A program made the position numbers and the translations under genes. A model generated the notes under the pieces. That model saw nothing but the letters and a program-made list of their open reading frames with translations, had not been told where the DNA came from and searched no databases. A DNA stretch of 64,000 nucleotides from Candidatus Omnitrophota bacterium (GTDB lineage: Bacteria > Omnitrophota > Gorgyraeia > VGKH01 > JBHPFN01): assembly GCA_042571725.1 (NCBI GenBank), contig JBHPFN010000001.1, forward strand, positions 71,218 to 135,217, written 5' to 3'. The stretch's first letter is position 1; every line of letters begins with the position of its first letter. This document shows positions 46,102 through 55,798 of this stretch, piece after piece.

Positions 46102-47034
46102 TTAAACAAATTCCTTATACTTGATACGTTTGTTAAATGTATCACGGCAACGCTTACACAGCGTCAATTGATACGAAACATAAATATCCTCTTCCAGTTG
46201 TTTGGGGTCAACCTGCTTCATTTGCTTTAAGAGATCTTTGAGCTCCTCTTGTGCATCTTTGCGCATGTCCTGCTCGGTAAATTCTACTTCTGGAGAGACA
46301 AAGAGTTCTATCTTTAGGACGTGGCGCGATTGCGGTTTCTCCAGCTTTCTTCCGCAAGAATCGCAGGCGTGCTTAATCTCTTTATTAATTTGTTTCAACG
46401 GACAGATATGGCAACGGGGCATCTTTTTGCAGATTTCTTTTCCCAGCCTTACAATAAGAGCATGATATTCGTTAAAGAGCTGAATATCATGTGATAGATT
46501 ATTCATAAAAAGATTTTGAATCTCCGAATACGTCGCGGTCTCCTCAATCAGATGATGTCGAGCAAGTATCCTTCTGGTATAAGCATCTACCACAAAAAGA
46601 GGCTTTTCTCCCGCATATAATAAAATAGAATCTGCAGTTTCCAAGCCGATGCCGTTTATGCTTAATAGTTCTGCGCGCAACTTCAGGAAATCTGTTTTAA
46701 ACATCCTATTAAGGTTTCCGCCATAACGTTCAAATAAAAAGTTGATAAAGTCTTTTAATCGCTGCGCTTTTACATTATAGTAACCAGCTGGCTTGATTAA
46801 TTGACCGAGGCGTTTTTCTGAAATGTCTCTGAGGCTTTGAGGGGAAAGTAACTTGTGGTTCTTTAGATTTTGTAGTGCTTTCTCGACATTGGTCCAGGCG
46901 GTATTTTGGGTAAGAATTGCTCCTACAATAACCTCAAATTTAGTATCGGCAGGCCACCACTTCTGGGGACCGAACCGCCCAAAAAGTTCTTTGTAGATAG
47001 ATTCTAAAATTGCTTTTCTCTGGGTGGATTTCAT
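46102..47034 (-). CDS. HhH-GPD endonuclease III-related glycosylase with fused C-terminal Cys4 domain
   Basis: GAILTQNTAW, GIGLETADSILLY, VVDAY, EYHALIV; tail CDSC...CKRC. Confidence 0.88.
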   Translation of the reverse strand: MKSTQRKAILESIYKELFGRFGPQKWWPADTKFEVIVGAILTQNTAWTNVEKALQNLKNHKLLSPQSLRDISEKRLGQLIKPAGYYNVKAQRLKDFINFLFERYGGNLNRMFKTDFLKLRAELLSINGIGLETADSILLYAGEKPLFVVDAYTRRILARHHLIEETATYSEIQNLFMNNLSHDIQLFNEYHALIVRLGKEICKKMPRCHICPLKQINKEIKHACDSCGRKLEKPQSRHVLKIELFVSPEVEFTEQDMRKDAQEELKDLLKQMKQVDPKQLEEDIYVSYQLTLCKRCRDTFNKRIKYKEFV

Positions 47035-47180
47035 CTCCTGCCTAGTCTTCGCTTGGAACGCAGCTGTTCTTCATACAGCTCGCCCGGAGTCCAATCTTTA
47101 TCCTTCTTATTTTTCTTCTCCTCAGGGAGAAAGATCTTCTTCGGATCCAACTTATATTTTGGTTTCTTCGTCCGTCGCAT
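47031..47180 (-). CDS. small basic hypothetical protein (49 aa)
   Basis: MRRTKKPKYKLDPKKIFLPEEKKNKKDKDWTPGELYEEQLRSKRRLGRR. GAGGTG RBS; ATGA overlap with the next gene. Confidence 0.6.
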   Translation of the reverse strand: MRRTKKPKYKLDPKKIFLPEEKKNKKDKDWTPGELYEEQLRSKRRLGRR

Positions 47181-47186
47181 GTTGTA

Positions 47187-47324
47187 TCACCTCTTTTTTC
47201 TGCCGATTATATACCCTATCACGCCGCCAATCAATGCAATGCAAATAACTGCGCCGGTCTTACAGGTTAAACAAATTTCAGTACCGCTACACCGCAATGC
47301 TTCTGCAAAAGGACACGTATTCAC
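47187..47324 (-). CDS. small Cys-rich single-TM peptide (45 aa)
   Basis: MNTCPFAEALRCSGTEICLTCKTGAVICIALIGGVIGYIIGRKKR. AAGGAG RBS before GTG; fills the operon gap. Confidence 0.6.
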   Translation of the reverse strand: MNTCPFAEALRCSGTEICLTCKTGAVICIALIGGVIGYIIGRKKR

Positions 47325-47335
47325 AAGCTTCTCCT

Positions 47336-47626
47336 TTACTCAAACTTATAGACCTTCTTGATTGGCTTGACTACTTCCCATGTACACTTTAATCCCCTGG
47401 GAAAGGTTACAAGATCTCCTGCGTTGATTTCTACTTCACCGTCTGCGGTCTTTACTTTTACTTTACCTTCATACACATAGGCAATCTCGGTGTCAGAATA
47501 CTGCCAATCAAAAGTAGACGGTTCACATTCCCACGTATTCCATTCTCCTGTAGAAGACGGTTCATCGGGAATTCCTAATTTTCTAATTTTATCTTTTTCC
47601 AACTTTTCAATCTTTATCTCACTCAT
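47336..47626 (-). CDS. cupin (DUF861/EutQ-like)
   Basis: WECEPSTFDWQY...GDLVTFPRG..CTWEV...KKVY. Confidence 0.85.
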   Translation of the reverse strand: MSEIKIEKLEKDKIRKLGIPDEPSSTGEWNTWECEPSTFDWQYSDTEIAYVYEGKVKVKTADGEVEINAGDLVTFPRGLKCTWEVVKPIKKVYKFE

Positions 47627-47652
47627 TCACGCTCCTTTCTGAACTGCATCTA

Positions 47653-48459
47653 CTAAAGCAAATCTATTTTTTTTAAATATTTCTTCAGCCTCTCTAAAAT
47701 GATGTATTTCGATTCAATAAATCCAGTGTTATGTCCGCCGGTTATGGTCAACAATTCCTTAGGCTGGGCTGCAGCGTCAAACAACTTTTTTCCTAAACTA
47801 AAAGGAACTATTTCGTCATTCCGACTGTGGATAAAAAGTTTCTGTGTCTTAAGATTTTTTACTTTTGTAATCGAATCAAATTTGCTTATAAATAAAAATG
47901 ACGGTAGAAAGGGATACACTATTTTTCCCATCTCTTTTGCAGAGCTAAAAGTAGACTCAGCAATAACACAGGCAACGTCTCTGTGTGTGGCAAGATCAAT
48001 TGCAACCGCACCGCCAATGGATTCTCCGTAGGCGATTATTTTTTTTCTATCGATGTCGTCCCGGCGTATCAGGTAGTCGAACGCAGCCCGCCCATCTTTG
48101 TAGATACCTTCCTCAGTAGGCTTGCCCTTGCTTTTTCCATAACCGCGGTAATCAAAAATGAAGGTGTTAATGCCTAGGTGATAAAAGAAGGCTATCTTCT
48201 CAAGCCGATGGCAGATATTACCGCCGTTTCCGTGAGCAAAGATAATCGTTGCTTTTGCCTTTGGGCTTTTTATAAACCATCCGTTAAGTTCAATACTATC
48301 TTCCGTTTTAAAAAAAATATCTTCGAATGGTAAATCGACTTGTTGCGGAGTGGTGATTACTTCACGGGTAGGAATAAAGATGCTGCGAAGCTCAATATAG
48401 CGTATATAAAAAAATCCTAAAACAATACATACAAATAAAATTAGGATACTTTTTACCAT
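47653..48459 (-). CDS. alpha/beta hydrolase (ABHD13/17-like)
   Basis: HGNGGN, DYRGYGKS, GESIGG, DEIV, GGHN. Confidence 0.9.
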   Translation of the reverse strand: MVKSILILFVCIVLGFFYIRYIELRSIFIPTREVITTPQQVDLPFEDIFFKTEDSIELNGWFIKSPKAKATIIFAHGNGGNICHRLEKIAFFYHLGINTFIFDYRGYGKSKGKPTEEGIYKDGRAAFDYLIRRDDIDRKKIIAYGESIGGAVAIDLATHRDVACVIAESTFSSAKEMGKIVYPFLPSFLFISKFDSITKVKNLKTQKLFIHSRNDEIVPFSLGKKLFDAAAQPKELLTITGGHNTGFIESKYIILERLKKYLKKIDLL

Positions 48460-48467
48460 AACGAGGC

Positions 48468-48872
48468 CTACTCTTCTGTTTTTTCTTGCGCTTCTTCGTA
48501 TTGCCAGCTGACTAATTTCCTATTTTCATCAAAAAATAGATATACTTTCTCTGAGCCAAAAAATTCCATGGGATGCCGATAGACAAATCGTTCCTTCGCT
48601 TGACTCTCACCGTCAATTTCTCGAGCTGAAATCGGTTCCCCAAAAGACCTTACGATTGTTCTGCGAGATGTTCCTTGCTCCAGCTTATTATCCCGATAGG
48701 CGCTCAGGAGTTTTTGAAACTTCTTTTCCTGTATCTCAACATACCGCTCATTGCCTTCCTGCGATTTAGAATATCCATGCAAGGTCTTTAATCCGCTAAT
48801 TTCTTCAAAGGTAATACATCCGTAGACGCTCAGTGCCGCAATGAGCATCATAAAGTATATACAATATTTCAT
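48468..48872 (-). CDS. putative lipoprotein (BamE/SmpA-like motif)
   Basis: MKYC...LSVYGC lipobox; GTSRRTIVRSFGEP. Start moved to 48872. Confidence 0.6.
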   Translation of the reverse strand: MKYCIYFMMLIAALSVYGCITFEEISGLKTLHGYSKSQEGNERYVEIQEKKFQKLLSAYRDNKLEQGTSRRTIVRSFGEPISAREIDGESQAKERFVYRHPMEFFGSEKVYLFFDENRKLVSWQYEEAQEKTEE

Positions 48873-48905
48873 TCCTGCCCCCTTATGTATCCTATTTTCC
48901 AATTA

Positions 48906-49673
48906 CTATGAGGATTGTTTACTAAAACAAATCTCAGCTATTCTTTGGCCGCCGATTCTATTAGGCGAAATTACTTCATTCGCACCGGCTTTATGGATTC
49001 TATGGGCTATCGAATCGTCAAAACACCGTGCGACAATAAACAAATTAGGATTTAAATCGCGCGCAGTAATCACCACATAGAGATTATCGATGTCCGAAGA
49101 GAGCGCTGAGATTAAACACCCCGCCGCCTTAATATTCGCAATCCAGAGGGATTCTTCACTGGTTGCATTTGCGTGAATTATCGGTATGTTGGGAAATTTA
49201 TCTTCAATTTTTTTTGTTGCGCTTTGATCCTGTTCTACAATGATTAAGTCTTGGTTGCCCTTCTTGAATTCTTCGACAATTACCCTTCCGGTTGTTCCTC
49301 CGCCGCAAAGAATTGTGTGATGCTTCATATTTTTAATCTTATCGAACATTTTCTTCCTCCTAAAATAGTTTCTTAAATCTGCGCCGACGAGAAAACTGGT
49401 TACGATTGCAACCCATCCCGCCAGTAACGTAACACCCATAAATATTAAGAATATAGTAAAAAGTCTCCCTGTCAATGAAAGCGAACCAATTTCCCTGAAT
49501 CCGACAGCAGAGATAGTAATTGCCGTCATGTAAAAGGCATCTGCAAAGGTCCAGCCTTCAATAAGGTAGTACCCGAATGTTCCGATTAAAAAACAAACAG
49601 CCAGGACCGCAAAAAGCAGCAAGACTCTTTTTAAAACAACGCTTATATTCGATACCGCGTGACTTTCTTTCAT
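48906..49673 (-). CDS. 2TM potassium channel with RCK (TrkA-N) domain
   Basis: DAFYM..ITISAVGF pore helix/filter, HTILCGGG..G, SDIDN. Confidence 0.88.
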   Translation of the reverse strand: MKESHAVSNISVVLKRVLLLFAVLAVCFLIGTFGYYLIEGWTFADAFYMTAITISAVGFREIGSLSLTGRLFTIFLIFMGVTLLAGWVAIVTSFLVGADLRNYFRRKKMFDKIKNMKHHTILCGGGTTGRVIVEEFKKGNQDLIIVEQDQSATKKIEDKFPNIPIIHANATSEESLWIANIKAAGCLISALSSDIDNLYVVITARDLNPNLFIVARCFDDSIAHRIHKAGANEVISPNRIGGQRIAEICFSKQSS

Positions 49674-50041
49674 CTCTTCTTTACAGACCTACATTTCTTG
49701 TTTTTTCTTGACTCGCTACATAGATATTTATAAAGGCTCGGGATTTTTCCGTTTTCAATTGGAAAATCAGCACAATGTAGGGGCCTCACAGGGTAAATCC
49801 TGCATAATTTGTTTTTTCGCTGGAATACGCATCGGCGATCCCTGACAATAGTTGCTACTCTCCAGCCAGAGGGAAAATCATTATCCCTGCACAACCCTTC
49901 AAACCACGGTTTTTTTAAATTCAAATCGAGCAGAGAAAGCTCAATCGCCTTCTTGAAATCGACTTCAACTCCGTCTTTGCAACAGCTCCCGGATTTACAG
50001 GTTTTACATAGCGCAACTGCGTGCCTTCGTTTCTCATGCAT
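49670..50041 (-). CDS. YkgJ-like CxxCxxCC cysteine-cluster protein
   Basis: CKTCKSGSCC, CVF, CRIY..RP..C..FP. Confidence 0.8.
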   Translation of the reverse strand: MHEKRRHAVALCKTCKSGSCCKDGVEVDFKKAIELSLLDLNLKKPWFEGLCRDNDFPSGWRVATIVRDRRCVFQRKNKLCRIYPVRPLHCADFPIENGKIPSLYKYLCSESRKNKKCRSVKKR

Positions 50042-50061
50042 AACAATACTACCTTCCGCTT

Positions 50062-52293
50062 TTACAGTTCAATATCCTCAACGCTTAACACTAAAGCAAC
50101 ATTTTCAAGGTTATCAATATAGTGAGAATAATACTCCAAGAAGCGCTCATCCTGCTCATCTTCGGGAAGCGAAACTCCCAAAAAAGTCATAGCGCTTTCC
50201 TTAGAGTATGCAACGATTTCCTCTTTGGGAGACCGGTCAGACTGAATGACAACCGGCTCACATATTATTCTGGCATTCTCAGCCAATTCAATCAAGTGTT
50301 TTCTGGCAGGCTCAATATCTTCTTTATTATCAACAAGGCGTATAAGACGTATGCGGGCACTCGACCACTCCCTATTCTGTGTCAGAAGATACGCCAATAA
50401 AAGCATCATGCCTCCGTTTCTCTGGCCCCTCCACCACACATCAATCAGCGCTCCACCTGGTGCAAAATCCCCGGATAAGTATCTGTTCTCGATAAATTGT
50501 TTGTTTTCGTTAATTACAATCAAATTACAATGTAATTTTTCTATGCTGCGCAACAATTCAACATAGGTAGAGCGGTTCTCTTTCTGGTCAGACCACCCCA
50601 ATAACACTGTGTTAGGCTTAAGACCGGTAACGCCGTGGGCCTGAATCAACATTTGAAAACCCGTCATGTAATCGGGAGAGATAACTACCTCACCGAAAAC
50701 ATCAAGATTTTCCCTTTCAATAAATTCTTTTAACGACTTCTCCTCATTCGCTCTGATTTGTAGACGCTCCTGAAGCTCGCCGACAATAATATGCGCTAAG
50801 GTAAAAAATCCCCTGCCCGCTTCAAACCATCGACCAAACAACACCAAAGGAAGCCTGTTCTCGGGACGACCGCAAAATACCAGAATCTGGGGCCTCCATG
50901 ATTTACTGTGAAAAGGTTCATTGCGTAATTTATACAAATAATCTTTAATCTTTCGAAAATAGAATCCTCTCTTCGCATCACCCCAACCGACCTTGTCAAC
51001 ATAGCGCTCAGTGTATTGATAAAGGAGAAAAATAACCAAAAGGGCAACGAGGGATGCTTTCAGGTCAATTGCAAACATAGCAATGGCACAACCAAAAGTT
51101 CCGACTAAAGAGAATCTCCAATGGAAGAATTTAAACCGCGGCCTGAAACTTGGCGTCTTGCTATACCCTTCATAGAAAGTTGCATAATTCATCAATCCAT
51201 AGCTAATCAAAAAGAACATAGTTACTACCGGTGCGATATTATTTAAATCAGTGCACACAATAGCCACAAGTGCTATGCCTAATGTCAGGTATGTCGCACG
51301 GCGCGGTTCGCTCATCATCCCAAATCCCTGAGAAAAAGGCTGCAAAAACGGAAAAATCTTATCTTTAGAAATCGCTTGAAGAATCCGAGGCGCACCTAAA
51401 AAACTCGCAAGCGCGGAAGAAAGCGTCCCCGCAAAAATCCCTATGTCAATAAGAAACGGAATGGGAGAAATTTCTTTCGCAATTAAATACCGCGTTTGCA
51501 GCGCCTCCCTAGACGCCGAAGAACCAAGCAGCCAAATCAAAACTAAATACACTATTGCCGATAAAAACAGGGATGCAAATACACCTTTTGGAATGTCTTT
51601 TTCCGGACGTTGCAAATCGCCCGACATCGCAACCCCTTGGGTAAATCCGGTTATCGCCGGAAAAAACAGGGCAAAGATAAGCCAAAAATTTTCTCCGGGA
51701 CGATACGCTGATGATAAATTTTCTTTAAGAAATTGTGCATTGAAGTGCGAAAACCCTCCCCATAAAAACACAATGACCGCAGAAAAAAGAAGTGCCATAA
51801 TCACAAATTGTAGTTTCGTTGCCCAATCGACACCCCGATATACACAATAGAAAAGCAGCAAGCATACGATACTTGCAATGAATTTTTGATAAGGCGCAAA
51901 CTGTGGTAGCACTGAGCAGAATATTTCGGCAAAACCAATAATATAAAAAGCAACGGATACGGCCATTGCGAAATACAGCACTATGCCACAGGCAGCACCA
52001 AATTCCATGCCCAGGCTGCGCGAGATTAAATAGTAGAGACCTCCCCCTTTTACGCGCATATTGCTGACAATTGCAACAAGTGAAAGGCCCGTTAACGCCG
52101 CAATTGCCACAGCAATTAATACAATGAGCGTACCTTCTCTCAATCCTGCATTTCCTACCACATACCCGAAACGCAGGAACATAATAATGCCAAAGATCGT
52201 TAAAATACTAGGGGTAAAAACCCCTGAGAAGGCATTTAATTTTTTAGCTTGAAGTTCTGCGGTGTTGTTTTGGGATGATTGTTGGTCGGCCAT
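50062..52293 (-). CDS. cation-chloride cotransporter (SLC12/CCC-like, APC superfamily)
   Basis: GVFTPSILTIFGIIMFLR, GGGLYYLISRSLG.EFG, FFPAITG, KSWRPQILV, IDVWW. Confidence 0.9.
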   Translation of the reverse strand: MADQQSSQNNTAELQAKKLNAFSGVFTPSILTIFGIIMFLRFGYVVGNAGLREGTLIVLIAVAIAALTGLSLVAIVSNMRVKGGGLYYLISRSLGMEFGAACGIVLYFAMAVSVAFYIIGFAEIFCSVLPQFAPYQKFIASIVCLLLFYCVYRGVDWATKLQFVIMALLFSAVIVFLWGGFSHFNAQFLKENLSSAYRPGENFWLIFALFFPAITGFTQGVAMSGDLQRPEKDIPKGVFASLFLSAIVYLVLIWLLGSSASREALQTRYLIAKEISPIPFLIDIGIFAGTLSSALASFLGAPRILQAISKDKIFPFLQPFSQGFGMMSEPRRATYLTLGIALVAIVCTDLNNIAPVVTMFFLISYGLMNYATFYEGYSKTPSFRPRFKFFHWRFSLVGTFGCAIAMFAIDLKASLVALLVIFLLYQYTERYVDKVGWGDAKRGFYFRKIKDYLYKLRNEPFHSKSWRPQILVFCGRPENRLPLVLFGRWFEAGRGFFTLAHIIVGELQERLQIRANEEKSLKEFIERENLDVFGEVVISPDYMTGFQMLIQAHGVTGLKPNTVLLGWSDQKENRSTYVELLRSIEKLHCNLIVINENKQFIENRYLSGDFAPGGALIDVWWRGQRNGGMMLLLAYLLTQNREWSSARIRLIRLVDNKEDIEPARKHLIELAENARIICEPVVIQSDRSPKEEIVAYSKESAMTFLGVSLPEDEQDERFLEYYSHYIDNLENVALVLSVEDIEL

Positions 52294-52324
52294 TCCTTAA
52301 TCTCGTTTTAATGGAAAATCGTTA

Positions 52325-53236
52325 TTAACGGCGCATCCTGCCTTCTTCAATAAGTTTTAAAAATACATCAACCACATCTTCGCGAAATTGCATTCCTTTA
52401 TGATTAACCAATTCTTGTTTTGCCTCTTCGATAGAAAGGGCCTGTCTATACGGCCGCTCGGTACACATTGCATCAAAGGCATCTGCAACAGAAATAATCG
52501 AGGCTAATGTTGGAATCTCATCTGCGCTAAGCCCTTCGGGATACCCTTTTCCGTCTGGGCGCTCATGATGTGATTTCACAATTGATAAGGCGGGTCGAAC
52601 CATGTTAATGTCGCTTAAAATATCCACGCCAATAACAGGGTGCCTACGTATCTCGTTCCATTCGCGGTCTGTTAACGGATCTACTTTGCTTAAGATGCGT
52701 TCGCTCACGCCAATCTTTCCGATATCATGCAAGAGTCCGACGGTACGGATAAACTCTACTTGGGAATCTGATAACTTTATTTCTTGAGCAATTAATGTAG
52801 CGTATCTGGTGACCCGCTCAGAATGTCCTTGCGTGAAACGGTCTTTCGCTTCTAATGCGTTTACCAGGGAGTGAATTGAGGCGAGAAAGTAAACCTCTAA
52901 ATCTTTATAGGTAGATTCTAGTTGCTGTGCCATATCCTCGAGGGTATCTGCAACCATGCCTATTTCATCGTCCGATTTATGCGCAAGGCGGTAATCGAAA
53001 TCGCCTTTGGAGATGATGCGTGCTGCGGTAGCAAGCCTCTCAATTTTCCGAGAAAAATGCCGAACAATAAAATATGCTCCTATAGACGAACTTATCAAGC
53101 CAATCGAAAAAGCAATGATTATATTGCGGGTAATCGGTTCTCCGAAAATATACAACCAGCTAAACGCTATAAAATAAGTCCATACAAGCAGCGTAATGAA
53201 AGAAAAGCGTAATCTCTTTTGAAAATAAAATTTCAT
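52325..53236 (-). CDS. membrane HAMP + HD-GYP phosphodiesterase
   Basis: 2 TMs, DEIG HAMP, GHSERV, LHDIGKIG, HHERPDGKGYP. Confidence 0.92.
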   Translation of the reverse strand: MKFYFQKRLRFSFITLLVWTYFIAFSWLYIFGEPITRNIIIAFSIGLISSSIGAYFIVRHFSRKIERLATAARIISKGDFDYRLAHKSDDEIGMVADTLEDMAQQLESTYKDLEVYFLASIHSLVNALEAKDRFTQGHSERVTRYATLIAQEIKLSDSQVEFIRTVGLLHDIGKIGVSERILSKVDPLTDREWNEIRRHPVIGVDILSDINMVRPALSIVKSHHERPDGKGYPEGLSADEIPTLASIISVADAFDAMCTERPYRQALSIEEAKQELVNHKGMQFREDVVDVFLKLIEEGRMRR

Positions 53237-53303
53237 CTCCTTACTTCGTCAATCCCCCTCTCTAAAAAATCTATTAGTAAGATTATATCATTTTTTTAAA
53301 GAA

Positions 53304-53831
53304 TTATCTCTTATATCTTCCCATAAGCTTTGCCTCGGCAAGAATATGGCCTTGCATCTTACCTAGGAGTTCTTCTTTAGTTATGCCGGCATTAACATTG
53401 AGCATGGTATCTAGCGCATACAGCTTAAAGAAATAGCGATGATATTTTCCTGGTGGCGGACATGGACCCCCGTAGCCTACTCTTCCAAAATCGGTCATGC
53501 CTTGCTTAGAGCCATCAGCCAACACCAGGGTCATTGCAACTTCCTCTGGTAATTCTGTCGTGGCTGCTGGTATATCATAGAGTACCCAGTGTACCCAGGT
53601 ACCCATAGGGGCATCAGGGTCATCGCTAATCAAAGCAAAACTTTTCACACCTTCAGGAGTCCCGCTCCAACGTAGTGGCGGCGAGATATCCTGCCCTTGG
53701 CAGGTATACTGCTTAGGTATTACCTCGGTATTGTTAAATGCCAAACTGGTTAATTCTAGCGCCATGGCCACACCTCCATAAACTAAAAAAATTCCCAGGC
53801 TTAATACGCAAATCCTTCTAAGCATCTTCAC
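53304..53831 (-). CDS. YbhB/YbcL (PEBP) family protein
   Basis: [27 protein letters not shown]. Confidence 0.93.
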   Translation of the reverse strand: MKMLRRICVLSLGIFLVYGGVAMALELTSLAFNNTEVIPKQYTCQGQDISPPLRWSGTPEGVKSFALISDDPDAPMGTWVHWVLYDIPAATTELPEEVAMTLVLADGSKQGMTDFGRVGYGGPCPPPGKYHRYFFKLYALDTMLNVNAGITKEELLGKMQGHILAEAKLMGRYKR

Positions 53832-54766
53832 CCTGCTTTCCTATAATTCAAATAATCCTCAATTATTTTTTTATGGTCAAATGCGTACTCGTGATTAAGC
53901 AAATCTTCATACCTGATAACCTTAGCCCCTTTTGCGTCGTCTCCTGCCTTCAGAGTTCCTTTTGCTTTTGCAATAAAGACTGTACCAATGACATGAAACC
54001 GCGGGTCACGGTCCGGCTCAGAATAAGCATGAAACTGTTTTATTTCGGTTAAATCTAAATCCGTCTCTTCTTTTGCTTCACGCTTAACTGCCTTCTCCAG
54101 GCTCTCTCCATAATCGACGAATCCACCCGGAAGAGCCCATCCGTAGGGAGGATTGGACCGTTCAATTAATACTATTCCCTCTTCTAATTCAATAATCGCA
54201 TCTACCGTGCAGAAAGGCCCTTGTTGAAGTTTGCTCTGGATATATTCGATGTATCTTTCTGAATATTGCTTAAACGTCTCGTACGCTTTGTCGTTATAGA
54301 GGCAAAAAATTATTTCACTTAAGCTTGATTCATTTTCCCGTAAATGCTTAAATACCTCCTGCGCCATAATCTTGGCTGCTCCCACCAGCGGAAAACCTCC
54401 TACGCCACAGCCAAGCGCAGGAAATGCGATAGATTGAATCTTCAATTTATCAGCACATTTCAAAGAGTTTGCGCAGGAGTTACGAATCTTTATCTCGTCA
54501 GTTTTAAAATCCATGCCCATGGTTGCTGCGTGAATAACGTATTTTGCCTTTAGTGAACCGGCAACAGATTCGATTGCTTCACCAATCTTTATTGGGCCTT
54601 TTTTGACTGCATCGTCTTCGATAGCCTTGCCGCCTTTTTTCCGGATTGCACCGGCTACGCCTCCGCCCATCACAAGTTTATTATTTGCAGCATTTACTAT
54701 CGCATCAACCTCTAATTCCGTCAGGTCAGCTTTAATAATTGTAAATTCTGTATTTTTAATCTTCAT
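53828..54766 (-). CDS. Macro domain - Nudix hydrolase fusion
   Basis: [29 protein letters not shown]; C-terminal [32 protein letters not shown]. Confidence 0.92.
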   Translation of the reverse strand: MKIKNTEFTIIKADLTELEVDAIVNAANNKLVMGGGVAGAIRKKGGKAIEDDAVKKGPIKIGEAIESVAGSLKAKYVIHAATMGMDFKTDEIKIRNSCANSLKCADKLKIQSIAFPALGCGVGGFPLVGAAKIMAQEVFKHLRENESSLSEIIFCLYNDKAYETFKQYSERYIEYIQSKLQQGPFCTVDAIIELEEGIVLIERSNPPYGWALPGGFVDYGESLEKAVKREAKEETDLDLTEIKQFHAYSEPDRDPRFHVIGTVFIAKAKGTLKAGDDAKGAKVIRYEDLLNHEYAFDHKKIIEDYLNYRKAG

Positions 54767-55109
54767 TTTCTTCCTTGGCGCGAATCATTACCAAAACCAT
54801 CTTGAATTTTTCTACGGCTCTAAGTGAATGCGGTTTATTTGCCGGCATGATTACCGACTCTCCTGCTTTAACCTGTAAGGCATTGCCGGAAATTACTACT
54901 TCGGCCTCTCCGTCAATAACATCTACCAACGCATCAAATGGTGCGGTGTGTTCACTCAAACCCTCTCCTTTGTCGAATGCAAAAACCGTTACCGTGCCAA
55001 TTTTTTTATCAATAATGGTTCGGCTTACCACCGAACCATCTTGATAGCCAATAAGATCGACAAACTTTAGTACCTTACCTTTCAGGTCTCTTGCGTCCTG
55101 GTTATTCAT
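54756..55109 (-). CDS. cupin domain protein
   Basis: [22 protein letters not shown]. Confidence 0.88.
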   Translation of the reverse strand: MNNQDARDLKGKVLKFVDLIGYQDGSVVSRTIIDKKIGTVTVFAFDKGEGLSEHTAPFDALVDVIDGEAEVVISGNALQVKAGESVIMPANKPHSLRAVEKFKMVLVMIRAKEENED

Positions 55110-55120
55110 AAAAAACCTTT

Positions 55121-55750
55121 CTACGTAGCTAAACTATTTTTTAGCTTTTTGCCTAAATCAAGCAAATAATCAAAATCGGATTCCTTTTCACTGCCAAGAA
55201 CCATCGGCTCTAAATAAATAAATGCCTTTCCGCGACTTAATGTTATCGTAAGAAAATGCGGAGGAGGTGAAGTTTCAATAACAGGAATAATCTTTTGAAA
55301 ATAACTATCTGCTTCAAGGTTCTTATTAGCTGGATACCGGCTTTTCGAACTTCTATTCTTTGGATCATATAGGAAAAATAATGAAGCATCGACTGTCACA
55401 TCAAAGGTCACTGCCACACGTCTGACCTGCGGGCTTGCGGCTCTTCTGTGGCGAGCCAAATCAAGGAACTCTAAGCAGGTTAATAGCGTCACCACTCCAT
55501 CAGTGATAATATTACCTACGTGCGAGAAGGCCCTGCATTTTCCTTCCTCATCAATATCTAACTTTTCCGAAAGCTCATTTTCGATTTGTCCATCGTCTTT
55601 CTGCTTATACATCAAACCTCGCTTGGCGCTATATTCTTTCATAGCAGCTGCTTTTTTCTTATTAAAAATAATAAGATAAATTCCTACCGCTATACAAAGA
55701 GCAATAAAAACAATAGGAATCGCCGGATTACCACTTGACTCAACCGCCAT
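55121..55750 (-). CDS. hypothetical single-TM protein
   Basis: N-terminal TM followed by KKK; GGAGG RBS. Confidence 0.7.
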   Translation of the reverse strand: MAVESSGNPAIPIVFIALCIAVGIYLIIFNKKKAAAMKEYSAKRGLMYKQKDDGQIENELSEKLDIDEEGKCRAFSHVGNIITDGVVTLLTCLEFLDLARHRRAASPQVRRVAVTFDVTVDASLFFLYDPKNRSSKSRYPANKNLEADSYFQKIIPVIETSPPPHFLTITLSRGKAFIYLEPMVLGSEKESDFDYLLDLGKKLKNSLAT

Positions 55751-55768
55751 AGTAACCTCCTTTTTAAA

Positions 55769-55795
55769 AAAAGTATATACTTAGTATATACTTTT
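55769..55795. promoter_or_regulatory. tandem palindromic operator-like site
   Basis: AAAAGTATATAC-TTA-GTATATACTTTT: two AGTATATACT palindromes with an 11-bp period. Confidence 0.55.
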
Positions 55796-55798
55796 ACG

